Notes: generated by a model from the letters alone, not told the origin. A DNA stretch of 47,913 bases from an uncultured Methanosarcinales archaeon (GCA_964654165.1 CAZZGN010000001.1:1-47913), one strand, 5' to 3'. Shown: positions 1-8,255, counted from the first letter of the stretch. Program-made: numbers and translations.

Positions 1-1
1 G

Positions 2-241
2 ATAGCTAACATTTGTAAAAAACACAATGTTGAAATACAGGTAGACAGTGAGGAACCAGGTATTGGATTTGTTGAAAATATAACCTGTAATGGTAAAGGG
101 TATTTGACTACAAATTGTAAAGACTTTACTCAATTAATATGTAGTAAATGTAAGGACACTCAAGGAATAAGTCCAAACAGCTATCCTGGAGATGAAGAAT
201 GTTATAACTGTGGAGTAATAGGGGAATGGAACGAAATATAA
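2..241 (+). CDS. 5'-truncated Cys-rich small protein (hypothetical)
   Basis: Frame 2 is open from the window edge to TAA at 239-241 (79 codons; ...CKKH...CNGKGYLTTNCKDFTQLICSKCKD...ECYNCG). It is absent from the ORF track because no start codon lies inside the window. The stop abuts the next ATG at 243. Confidence 0.4.
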   Translation: MANICKKHNVEIQVDSEEPGIGFVENITCNGKGYLTTNCKDFTQLICSKCKDTQGISPNSYPGDEECYNCGVIGEWNEI

Positions 242-242
242 A

Positions 243-482
243 ATGAAACCAAAAAAGATTAAGGTTGATGCACCTATAAAGGAATGGACAGACAAACAAC
301 TCAAAGATGAAGCATATGGATTACATGATATTGTGTATGTGGTAGATTGTTATTCCACAAGGGATATACTACGATTAAATGCAGTTATAGATGAACTACG
401 TAAAAGAAATTATGATGTGTATGAGGTATCAAAATTAATGATTAAAATTGATGATGGTGATGATGATGATACTGATGATTAA
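243..482 (+). CDS. hypothetical protein with poly-Asp C-terminal tail
   Basis: 79-aa ATG ORF packed 1 nt after the previous stop. Ends in DDGDDDDTDD. No recognisable family. Confidence 0.5.
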   Translation: MKPKKIKVDAPIKEWTDKQLKDEAYGLHDIVYVVDCYSTRDILRLNAVIDELRKRNYDVYEVSKLMIKIDDGDDDDTDD

Positions 483-576
483 CTCAAGTAATCAAAACAT
501 TGTTGTCTAACGCATATATTGTGCAAGGCTAAAATATGATAGCTTTTTATATGCTGTCAATCAATATATATCCCAA

Positions 577-924
577 ATGGTTAGAGTTCGAATAATGGAA
601 CGGGCTTCCGTTTGCAACAAATGCAAATGTCCTGTTCTAAAAGGGGAACCTATGGTGGGATGGCCTGCCAAGTTCGGACCTGCTAAATGGTGTAAAATAT
701 GTGGGATTAAATACCTCGCATCATTGCTTGTTGAGTTGGCTACCCTCGGACAGCAAAAGCCAACTGTCAAAGAGCAAACCACATTGACAGAAAAATGCTT
801 AAATGGGATTCATTCGTCTCGGAAATCAGAAAAGAGCTCGGAGCAGAAATCTCCATGTCAGGAACCATCAAAGGTTGGGAAACGAAAGAAGGTTCGTTCT
901 TCTGCAAAGAATGTGGACTTATAA
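577..924 (+). CDS. zinc-ribbon-like small protein (hypothetical)
   Basis: Contains CNKCKCP...CKICG pairs in the N-terminal half. An alternative ATG lies at 595. The 3' third (795-924) overlaps the next ORF out of frame and looks low-complexity, so the true end is uncertain. Confidence 0.35.
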   Translation: MVRVRIMERASVCNKCKCPVLKGEPMVGWPAKFGPAKWCKICGIKYLASLLVELATLGQQKPTVKEQTTLTEKCLNGIHSSRKSEKSSEQKSPCQEPSKVGKRKKVRSSAKNVDL

Positions 925-1040
925 GATTTTTTCCTTTTGATGAAACTGAGTATTTTGATATTATTGACTTAGCTGAACGCTTAGGTGTTCATACTCCTTT
1001 TAAAGATTTTGATATGATTGAATTTGAAGTAATCAAATAA
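795..1040 (+). CDS. hypothetical protein (one CKECG knuckle)
   Basis: 81-aa ATG ORF with protein-like composition. This frame is open upstream to 735. It overlaps ORF 577-924. Confidence 0.45.
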   Translation: MLKWDSFVSEIRKELGAEISMSGTIKGWETKEGSFFCKECGLIRFFPFDETEYFDIIDLAERLGVHTPFKDFDMIEFEVIK

Positions 1041-1061
1041 TGCTATATACCTCTGCATAGT

Positions 1062-1805
1062 GTGGCAGGGGATAACTTAATACCAAAAAATAAAATGGAT
1101 TTGCAAAACGAAATAGCACGGATAGCAAAAGAAACAGGACAAGCAGAAGCAGAAATCAAAGCACAATTAGACACCTTTAAGCAACAAGGATATTCTGACC
1201 AGGCTGCAGTGGCTGTATTGAAATCACAGCCAACAGTAAAGAATCGATTAGGGGGAAAAATAATCGATAACGCTCTCATAGTTCCATTCTCCAAAGATAC
1301 ACCTAGAGATGTAACTACAAAGAGAGGACCAGCTAAGGTGGCTAACGTATCTGTCTTTGTTAAAGACGCAGGTAAGTGGTCAGCTGCACAAATCTCCCTG
1401 TGGGATGATGCAATTGACGCAAGTTTAGCTAAGTTTGAAGTTGGTAAGCCAGTGAAGGCTACTATAAGAGCAAAGGAAGGAAGCGATAGAATCACCGTTC
1501 TTGGAGACATAAAACCTGATGCAACACCAGTAAAACCATTAGGTGAACTTGCAGAACAAGTTGGTTTGTTAAAGCTAAGTCAAATAGCTTCTGTCGTAGG
1601 CAATGATTGCTTCGTTAATGGAATCATTGGAAGAACCTTCACTACTCAATATGGTGGTGGAATAGAAATTAGTGATGTGGGCAGTAATCCAATTACTGTG
1701 TATGTTGAAGACCTCGGAACCATGAAAGTTGGTGACGAAGTTGTAGTTGCAGGAAGAGTGCTTGAAAAGAATGGTGCAATTACCATTCGTGGAACAATCT
1801 TATAA
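1062..1805 (+). CDS. putative OB-fold ssDNA-binding protein (RPA-like)
   Basis: GTG start as given in the track. Two OB-like segments (ISLWDDAIDASLAKFEVGKPVKATIRAKEGSDRITVLG and CFVNGIIGRTF...VGDEVVVAGRVLEKNGAITIRG). It leads the replication cluster. The call rests on motif resemblance only. Confidence 0.4.
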   Translation: MAGDNLIPKNKMDLQNEIARIAKETGQAEAEIKAQLDTFKQQGYSDQAAVAVLKSQPTVKNRLGGKIIDNALIVPFSKDTPRDVTTKRGPAKVANVSVFVKDAGKWSAAQISLWDDAIDASLAKFEVGKPVKATIRAKEGSDRITVLGDIKPDATPVKPLGELAEQVGLLKLSQIASVVGNDCFVNGIIGRTFTTQYGGGIEISDVGSNPITVYVEDLGTMKVGDEVVVAGRVLEKNGAITIRGTIL

Positions 1806-1900
1806 AGACTTAACCGTCTATATAAGCCCCTTTGACGAGGGTGCAATAACCTGAAAGGGAAGGGGGTTTTATCCGATTCCTCTTTCTCTTCATTTTTACA

Positions 1901-2188
1901 ATGGACTTTAATCGAAACGTAGACCCTAAGGAGGTCGAAGTTATACAGAAGTCCTTCAAACATTTAAACAAACCATTAGCCAAAAAAGCGACAAACCGAA
2001 TAGCGAAGGATTTTACAAAAATGACGAAGGCAAGTGAGTTCTTGAAACTTACTAAATATCTTAACGCATTACCAAAGTTAGAAAGAGAATATATTATATT
2101 GCACCTCTTGACAGGGGTTATGATGTTATATAATTCAGAATTGAGTAAGCAAATAGAAAAGGAAAGTACGGAGGGCTTATACATATAA
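1901..2188 (+). CDS. hypothetical protein
   Basis: 95-aa ATG ORF. Its stop lies 1 nt before the next ATG at 2190. Confidence 0.45.
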   Translation: MDFNRNVDPKEVEVIQKSFKHLNKPLAKKATNRIAKDFTKMTKASEFLKLTKYLNALPKLEREYIILHLLTGVMMLYNSELSKQIEKESTEGLYI

Positions 2189-2189
2189 A

Positions 2190-3023
2190 ATGGCATTTAT
2201 AAATCCAGATAATATAGCTCAGACTACAGCTACAGGGTCAGCACCAAAAGGAAAATATAGTGGGTTCACTGCGTCACCCTATGACAAGTGGAAGTGGAGA
2301 ATTAATCCAGAATTTAAAAGAGCACCAAGACATGCAACTGGAATAGGAACTGTTGACGAATTTCTTGGGGGAGGACTACCCAAAGGATTAACAATTATGT
2401 GGGGTGAATCTGGGTCTGGAAAATCACTTCTAGCAAGACAGATAGCAATTAACCAAGAGAAAGGACCTGTCTTATATTTATGCTGTGAAGTATTGACTGA
2501 TGCACCTGATAGAGAAAAGTATCCTCATGTGATGGTAGTAGATTATACTCGAATGAGACCTGCTTACAAAAATGCTGTAGGCGAACTGTTTGGAATGATA
2601 GAACACTTTAACCCATCATTGGTAGTCATTGATTCTGTAACATCATTTCTTGGAGTTACAAACAAAGCACTTCCTGAAAGTAGTATCAGAGAAGCAGTAT
2701 GGGATATACACTTAAACGCAGAAGGCTTATGCCCTATTCTTGGAACATCAGAAGTAAGGGGTAGTGGTTGGAACAGAAGCACAGCAGGTGGTGAAGCAGT
2801 AAAGCACGGTTGCTCTATGCTCATATATACTTACAAACACTTCTTAGTTAGAGAAGCACAACTATTTGGATTTCCAACACATTCACTTGGAGATGTAGTA
2901 TATACGATTGAAGTGCAAAAAGATAAGCATGGACTTGCAAAGAACAGACCACATGAACTGATATACAAAAGCGATACAGATTACAAATTGGTAGACCCTA
3001 GACCACATATACCAATAAAATGA
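2190..3023 (+). CDS. RecA-superfamily ATPase (KaiC/RadB/DnaB-C-like)
   Basis: FLGGGLPKGLTIMWGESGSGKS (Walker A preceded by the LGGG-hP-G motif) and a Walker B-like LVVIDSV. The length (277 aa) is typical of single-domain KaiC/RadB-like proteins. Confidence 0.7.
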   Translation: MAFINPDNIAQTTATGSAPKGKYSGFTASPYDKWKWRINPEFKRAPRHATGIGTVDEFLGGGLPKGLTIMWGESGSGKSLLARQIAINQEKGPVLYLCCEVLTDAPDREKYPHVMVVDYTRMRPAYKNAVGELFGMIEHFNPSLVVIDSVTSFLGVTNKALPESSIREAVWDIHLNAEGLCPILGTSEVRGSGWNRSTAGGEAVKHGCSMLIYTYKHFLVREAQLFGFPTHSLGDVVYTIEVQKDKHGLAKNRPHELIYKSDTDYKLVDPRPHIPIK

Positions 3024-3115
3024 GAAAAAGATGCCCTGAATGTAAGGGGGATAACTTAAAGTATCAGGGTGGCTGCGTTCAATGTATTGATTGTTTGTGG
3101 TCAGCTTGTGGATAA
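3020..3115 (+). CDS. 31-aa zinc-ribbon mini-protein
   Basis: Hand-translated: MRKRCPECKGDNLKYQGGCVQCIDCLWSACG. Its ATG overlaps the upstream TGA (ATGA at 3020-3023). It has a paralogue at 7430-7536. Confidence 0.5.
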   Translation: MRKRCPECKGDNLKYQGGCVQCIDCLWSACG

Positions 3116-3119
3116 CAAA

Positions 3120-3362
3120 ATGAAACATATGTCTACACTGAATAGGATGAAGGAAATTATTGATTTACTCAATACAATTCCTAAGGGGGAAATGATTAGC
3201 CAAGATTATATTATGAAAACTCTTGGCATCAAGTCAGGTTCTTGGAGAAATATCAAGGACATACTTGAAACGATACTGTATATACAAGAAGGACCTATTA
3301 TGGAAAGAAGGTTCTTTAGGCGAGGGAAAGTGACGATAACTAAATACAAATTGAAACGATGA
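3120..3362 (+). CDS. winged-helix DNA-binding protein (putative)
   Basis: ATG at 3120 lies inside track ORF 3069-3362. MKHMSTLNRMKEIIDLLNTIPKGEMISQDYIMKTLGIKSGSWRNIKDILETILYIQEG has a wHTH-like pattern. Confidence 0.5.
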   Translation: MKHMSTLNRMKEIIDLLNTIPKGEMISQDYIMKTLGIKSGSWRNIKDILETILYIQEGPIMERRFFRRGKVTITKYKLKR

Positions 3363-3619
3363 AGAACATATTCAAGAGAACAGAAGATTTCTACAATACG
3401 CCTGAAGAAGAACTTGTTAGTGAGCATTACTCTGCTCATTTAACTTGCATAATTGACGACTTGCAACTTGATATATATGAACATGGAAAAGGACTTTCCA
3501 AGCTACGCAAACACGATGCCATAATAGATACACATGTAAATGATATACTAACTACACATGAACTTGCCCCTACAGATTCACTTAATGATTCAAAGAAGGG
3601 GGGTAAGTCAAGATGTTAG
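3359..3619 (+). CDS. hypothetical protein
   Basis: 86-aa ORF with an ATGA start/stop overlap with the upstream gene. Confidence 0.5.
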   Translation: MKNIFKRTEDFYNTPEEELVSEHYSAHLTCIIDDLQLDIYEHGKGLSKLRKHDAIIDTHVNDILTTHELAPTDSLNDSKKGGKSRC

Positions 3620-3795
3620 TACGCATGAATCGAGACTTGGCTAAAAAAATAGTAATAATGTTTACTCCTGAAACAAATGAAGAAATGGCTCATATGGAAA
3701 CATATATGCTTTGGCTTCCTGAACTTTCAAGAGAAATTGCAATGAGTTCTTCTGCTGTTGGAACTGGAATAGATTATATGTTGGAGGTAAAATGA
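3613..3795 (+). CDS. hypothetical protein
   Basis: 60-aa ORF that overlaps both neighbours by a few nt, suggesting operon coupling. Confidence 0.4.
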   Translation: MLVRMNRDLAKKIVIMFTPETNEEMAHMETYMLWLPELSREIAMSSSAVGTGIDYMLEVK

Positions 3796-4907
3796 CTCTC
3801 TTTGATACTATATCAAATGAGTATGATACTCTCGGTTTAGTCAGAGTTCCATCTGCATTAGAACGCTTAACATCATCGATAGGTTGTCACATTCTTAATA
3901 TGTCAAACTTATCAAACAAGCGTTTCTTCTTTGGTGGTGGTCTTGAGAACTTTCGTATGTGTACGGTATTTATGGCACCTTCAGGATACAGCAAGAGCCA
4001 ACACTTTAACTTCTTTCTAAATCCTCGTTCAGGAATATTAGCTAAGTCGGGAGTACAGATATCTTTACGTGGAACTTTTTCACAAGAATCTTGGATGGGA
4101 ACTATATCAAATGGAGAAGCATCTAAAGGAATCTTTTCAACACACAAACAGGGAATAATCGGTGCTGATGAATTTATGCGACTTGGTAACATGATGAATG
4201 ATGTCGGTTCAAACAATGATGAAGTTTATCTTATGAAGGCTCTTGATTCTGATACAGTAACCAAAGACTTAGCTTATGGACAGATAGAAGAAACTGACAT
4301 CGGTTTAACCTTCTGGGCAGGAATGCGACCAACAGTACTTGGACTTAAATCTGGAATGGCAAGACGTTTCTGTTTCCAAATATTTTTACCTACAATTGAA
4401 GACAGTTCAAACTTCCGTAAAGCTTCACGGGGAGGTAGAATGTGTATCAAAGTATCTGAAGATGCACAGAACCAAGTAAGACAAGACATATTGGATATAG
4501 CAGAAAAGGTAAAAGATATTGACTCAATAAATTATCAAGAAGTGGAAGATTGGATAGACACACAAGGATTCATACCACACTTTGAGGAAATGCTATTCAA
4601 ACGTATAGCAGTAGGTTGGTCAATAGTATCTGACACCTTTCCAAACATAAAAATGACTCCTGAGTTAACCGCTTTACTTGAAGATGAAAGTAATGCTCGT
4701 GATGTAATCCGTTCAAATCCTGAGATAGAAGCAACAAGACGAATAGTGAAAGCAGCAGGGAAAGTAAAAGAAACACACCTTCGTAAATTCCTTGAGAAGA
4801 ACTATCAACTTCATAAAGTCCAAGTAGATGCCTTAATGAAAGAGATGTACAGACGTGAGGAACTTATGATGGATGGAGATTGGGTAAAATTAAAAGATGA
4901 AACCTAA
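3792..4907 (+). CDS. diverged MCM-like AAA+ ATPase (putative replicative helicase core)
   Basis: FMAPSGYSKSQ (Walker A-like), IIGADEFMRL (Walker B), then EVYLMKALDSDTVTKDLAYGQIEETDIGLTFWAGMRP. This is collinear with the MCM pattern GDPxxxKSQ / IDEFDKM / AIHEAMEQQTISIAKAG...AAANP. GGAGG lies upstream of the ATG. Confidence 0.5.
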   Translation: MTLFDTISNEYDTLGLVRVPSALERLTSSIGCHILNMSNLSNKRFFFGGGLENFRMCTVFMAPSGYSKSQHFNFFLNPRSGILAKSGVQISLRGTFSQESWMGTISNGEASKGIFSTHKQGIIGADEFMRLGNMMNDVGSNNDEVYLMKALDSDTVTKDLAYGQIEETDIGLTFWAGMRPTVLGLKSGMARRFCFQIFLPTIEDSSNFRKASRGGRMCIKVSEDAQNQVRQDILDIAEKVKDIDSINYQEVEDWIDTQGFIPHFEEMLFKRIAVGWSIVSDTFPNIKMTPELTALLEDESNARDVIRSNPEIEATRRIVKAAGKVKETHLRKFLEKNYQLHKVQVDALMKEMYRREELMMDGDWVKLKDET

Positions 4908-5262
4908 AGAAGATATTATAGAACATATAGAACTACTTACCAAAGCAGGCAAAGTAGTAAGAAAAACAGGAATAAAAAAAGGAATTCGCATGGACTTTGA
5001 GAAAATGGCTACTCGCAAGAGTGGTGGAAGATATAAGAAAAGTGAGATGTTTAATGCTAATTTTATGGAAGGTTTTTACAACACTTTATTATGGGTAAGG
5101 AACATGGAACCTGATGAAGCAACACTAAGAAGTAGCTACAAAGACATACAAGAAGTAATACTTGTAAAGAAACAGATTCCAAGTGAATTCTCTCGTTTAA
5201 TAGGTGAACGCAATGCTTGTGCATTTGCATTAAATTGGGATATTAACCCCAATGGAAGATGA
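4897..5262 (+). CDS. hypothetical protein
   Basis: 121-aa ORF that overlaps the upstream gene by 11 nt. Confidence 0.5.
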   Translation: MKPKEDIIEHIELLTKAGKVVRKTGIKKGIRMDFEKMATRKSGGRYKKSEMFNANFMEGFYNTLLWVRNMEPDEATLRSSYKDIQEVILVKKQIPSEFSRLIGERNACAFALNWDINPNGR

Positions 5263-5346
5263 AATTATAATACTTGAAACTAGGAAGACCGTCATATACA
5301 GTGGCGGAAAGCTAGTATCTGCTATAGGAAAAACAAGGAGAATACC

Positions 5347-6345
5347 ATGGAAATAACTACACAAAAACCAACGTGGATTGAAGTGTCCATAAAGTTATCT
5401 CCCGATGAAGCATTGGAGATGGCTAATGAAATGGAACACCTCGGAAGTAAGGATTCTCGCATATATGAAATATGTGAGGGAATCTTAAAGACAAATGGGT
5501 GGTCAGTACCTCAAAGGATAAGACATCTTCCTCCAGGAGTACTTGACACGCCACAGAAGACTGGAAGATATGGAAAGCGAGGCAAATATGTAAGTCGTAC
5601 CAATGTAGAAAAAGCACAAGAATACATGGAACAAACTGACAAACCATATATGGTACCCTCATATCTACAACAAAGATATGACATGCCTAATAAACAAGCT
5701 ATTAAAACACTTGAATATTTAGCAAGAAAAGGTACATTAGTACGCCAAGAAGTAAAATGGGGAAATAATACAAGACCACGTTATTACATACCAAAAGGAA
5801 ATGAAGAACCTTTTCCCACTTCTAAATCCTTAATGAAAGAAGAGGCACCATTAAAGCCTCCTCTTCCAAAGGAATTACGGGAAAAGGAATATACATGCGA
5901 CCCTAACTCTTCAACATATAGAGCTATGAAAGACATGACACTTTCTTCGGGTACACAGACAATAGAAACAGTAATACCGTACAACATAAATGATGAAAAG
6001 ATAACTACTTTCATAAGAAACGAAGGAATGAAGTTAGTAACTAATCTACGCTTTCATCCTATATCTGCAGAGTCAGCAAGAAAGCATTATCTAGCTTACT
6101 TAGAAGATGTAAGAGTTCGTTTCAAACAAGCATTTACACATGGAAGCGAAGACTTCTACACTTATGAGTTAGATAATAAGTTTATTGAAGTAACAGCACC
6201 TTTGATACACGATAGTTTATTGGATGCTCAAGAAGACGGTAGTGCAAGATACACACGGAGACTTACAAGTAGGGATATTGCAATAATGATGGCAAATGCA
6301 TTTTCCTTACCACTTGATAAAATCCAGTGTGCAGTAAAGACATGA
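5347..6345 (+). CDS. hypothetical protein with internal wHTH-like segment
   Basis: 332-aa ORF preceded by AAGGAG. The segment NKQAIKTLEYLARKGTLVRQEVKWGNNTRPRYYIPKG resembles a winged helix. It may be an origin-binding or initiator protein, judged by position only. Confidence 0.5.
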   Translation: MEITTQKPTWIEVSIKLSPDEALEMANEMEHLGSKDSRIYEICEGILKTNGWSVPQRIRHLPPGVLDTPQKTGRYGKRGKYVSRTNVEKAQEYMEQTDKPYMVPSYLQQRYDMPNKQAIKTLEYLARKGTLVRQEVKWGNNTRPRYYIPKGNEEPFPTSKSLMKEEAPLKPPLPKELREKEYTCDPNSSTYRAMKDMTLSSGTQTIETVIPYNINDEKITTFIRNEGMKLVTNLRFHPISAESARKHYLAYLEDVRVRFKQAFTHGSEDFYTYELDNKFIEVTAPLIHDSLLDAQEDGSARYTRRLTSRDIAIMMANAFSLPLDKIQCAVKT

Positions 6346-6543
6346 CTCTCACCAGCCCTTATTCAACAAGGAACCGACACAGCTATAGGACGAATGGACT
6401 AGCCCTTCATTCTTTCCTATGGCTATTATGCTTAGTTTCCAACTTAAAACTTGGATATATGAACCAAACCCCAATGGTTTATTCAACTATTTTACTAAAA
6501 TAAAAATAATATAATATTAAAATAAACCATAAGGAACTCAAGA

Positions 6544-6762
6544 ATGGAACAATCAAATAAAACTTATTATATGTTTCTAATTGGCTTATTCATAGCCACA
6601 GGTAGCCTCTCACTTATTGTAGAACATTATCTTTCGTGGGGATACCTTGAGTTTGAACCACTTGGTCATGAAACATATGGCTTAATAGGTACTATATTAG
6701 GACTCTTATTGATGAAACAATATCTAACTAAAGAAAATGAAAGACAAGATGGAAGCGAATAA
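6544..6762 (+). CDS. small membrane protein (2 TM)
   Basis: Two hydrophobic stretches: YYMFLIGLFIATGSLSLIV and YGLIGTILGLLLM. Confidence 0.5.
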   Translation: MEQSNKTYYMFLIGLFIATGSLSLIVEHYLSWGYLEFEPLGHETYGLIGTILGLLLMKQYLTKENERQDGSE

Positions 6763-6783
6763 AGAACTTGAAGAGATACAAAG

Positions 6784-7035
6784 ATGAAATTGACTAAATA
6801 TAAAGAACTAGTAGAATTGGAAGAATATGTGGCGTGGAAATTAGACCCTAAATGTCCTCTTCCTCAAAAGATACCTTGGGTCGGTAAAGGTGACTTACAG
6901 GTTATCCAAAAAGCGCTTAAACAAGCAGAACAACGAGAGCAAAAAAGATGTTTAGATATTGTGGATAAATGTATCTTACATGGATGGACTCTTGGAAACT
7001 GTTCTGAACTAATCAAAAAACCACAAGATGGATGA
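6784..7035 (+). CDS. hypothetical protein
   Basis: 83-aa ORF. Its ATG overlaps the stop of a 12-codon micro-ORF (6749-6787). Confidence 0.5.
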   Translation: MKLTKYKELVELEEYVAWKLDPKCPLPQKIPWVGKGDLQVIQKALKQAEQREQKRCLDIVDKCILHGWTLGNCSELIKKPQDG

Positions 7036-7192
7036 TACTGATGGAATACTTTTAAATTTTGCTCTCTCAATGTATATTGGTGAGAAATGTAAGTACTGTA
7101 AGAAAGAATACAAATGTGTTGCTGAAATAAAAGAAGCAAACCCACGATGCACAGGAGATAAAAAACATAAACTTGCCTGTAATACTTGTTGA
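7028..7192 (+). CDS. 54-aa Cys-rich mini-protein
   Basis: Hand-translated: MDDTDGILLNFALSMYIGEKCKYCKKEYKCVAEIKEANPRCTGDKKHKLACNTC. It overlaps the upstream stop by 8 nt. Confidence 0.4.
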   Translation: MDDTDGILLNFALSMYIGEKCKYCKKEYKCVAEIKEANPRCTGDKKHKLACNTC

Positions 7193-7214
7193 GAAAGAAA
7201 AAAAGGAATTTAAA

Positions 7215-7433
7215 ATGAAAGCAAAGAAAACACATAAAAAAGAATTTCCGGATATAGTTTATAAGGCAAATGAGATGGTTGCACAAAGACTCAATGGTGA
7301 AATGAGTTTTGTACCTGCTAAATTGATGGACCTAATTGATGCTGAACGAGATAAGTTTTATCTTCACATAAACAAACTCGAAGATAAAATAGATGTATTA
7401 AAAGAACTATTAAAAGAAGAGTTAATAAAATGA
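7215..7433 (+). CDS. hypothetical coiled-coil protein
   Basis: ATG at 7215 lies inside track ORF 7173-7433 and is preceded by AAGGAA. The track's upstream start is TTG and overlaps the previous mini-ORF. Confidence 0.5.
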   Translation: MKAKKTHKKEFPDIVYKANEMVAQRLNGEMSFVPAKLMDLIDAERDKFYLHINKLEDKIDVLKELLKEELIK

Positions 7434-7536
7434 ACAATAAAGGACAAGCAGGGGGGATATTGATTGTATTGGTAGTAATAAATTAAGATTTGAAGGTGGC
7501 TGCAAGCATTGTATATGCAGGTGGTCTGCTTGTTGA
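7430..7536 (+). CDS. zinc-ribbon mini-protein paralogue split across two frames at a G6 tract
   Basis: ATG at 7430 (ATGA overlap) reads MNNKGQAGG and then stops at 7484-7486. The -1 frame from the G6 run (7451-7456) reads DIDCIGSNKLRFEGGCKHCICRWSAC*, which is homologous to the 3020-3115 product. Confidence 0.35.
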
Positions 7537-7556
7537 TAATTTTCAAAGGAATTAAA

Positions 7557-7997
7557 ATGGTAGAAATAGATAAGTATGAATTAGACAGATTAAAAAGAGA
7601 TGCAGAAGACAATGTACCAATAAAAAATGCAATAAAAATAGGAGTAGCAATTATTGCTTTCTTTATAATTTGGGGAATAGTAATTAGTCCGATATGGGGT
7701 GTATGGGCAAGAGGGTTAGATGGTGAGGCACAGCTTAGAGAAGCTGAGTGGAATAGACAAATAGCAATAGAAGAAGCACAAGCAGAATTGATGTCAGCAG
7801 AGTTAAAGAAAGAAGCTGATATTATTCGAGCTGAGGGAACAGCAGAAGCTAATAAAATTATAGCTGAAAGTATTACAATGGAGTATATCCAATGGTTATG
7901 GGTGGAAGGTTTACATAATGGCCACAGCGAGGTAATTTATGTACCGACAGAAGCTAACTTGCCGATACTTGAAGCAACTAGAAACTTGGGGGTATAA
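7557..7997 (+). CDS. SPFH/band-7 (prohibitin-like) membrane protein
   Basis: ATG at 7557 lies inside the track ORF. An N-terminal TM (IGVAIIAFFIIWGIVISPIW) is followed by AELKKEADIIRAEGTAEANKIIAESI...YIQWLW...VIYVPTE, typical of the C-terminal part of SPFH proteins. Confidence 0.55.
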   Translation: MVEIDKYELDRLKRDAEDNVPIKNAIKIGVAIIAFFIIWGIVISPIWGVWARGLDGEAQLREAEWNRQIAIEEAQAELMSAELKKEADIIRAEGTAEANKIIAESITMEYIQWLWVEGLHNGHSEVIYVPTEANLPILEATRNLGV

Positions 7998-8025
7998 TCC
8001 CCTTTTATTTTTACACTAACCAAAA

Positions 8026-8241
8026 ATGACTGGATGTAAAAGTTGTAAGGAAGCTGGAATGAATGTGAACCAAGAAAAATCATTAGCGGCAAGAATTGCT
8101 AAAGTAGGATTAATTAATTTAGTCAAAGAACATAAAGCAGTCTGTAGGGGCCACTGCGATATATCCTTTATATTGATTAGAGCATGGCTAGAAGAAATGG
8201 GAGTTAGATTTACTAATGAAGAAAAAGAATTATTTTTATAA
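8026..8241 (+). CDS. hypothetical Cys-containing protein
   Basis: 71-aa ORF with CKSCKE...CRGHC. Confidence 0.45.
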   Translation: MTGCKSCKEAGMNVNQEKSLAARIAKVGLINLVKEHKAVCRGHCDISFILIRAWLEEMGVRFTNEEKELFL

Positions 8242-8255
8242 CAAAAATAGACAAG

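Noticed and set aside
583-600. GAGTTCGAATAAT resembles a tRNA T-loop (GTTCGAAT).
   Set aside because: The flanking bases cannot form a T-stem, and no acceptor or anticodon arms can be drawn. The segment lies inside a plausible ORF.
561-1510. Minus-strand ORFs 561-782 and 1043-1510 lie opposite plus-strand genes.
   Set aside because: They are antisense to better-supported genes in a uniformly plus-strand gene string. Their products are hydrophobic and low-complexity with no start context.
6864-7612. Minus-strand ORFs 6864-7286 and 7364-7612 lie in the early region.
   Set aside because: They overlap several tightly coupled plus-strand genes. They are AT-rich Phe/Leu/Ile/Cys artefacts with no RBS.
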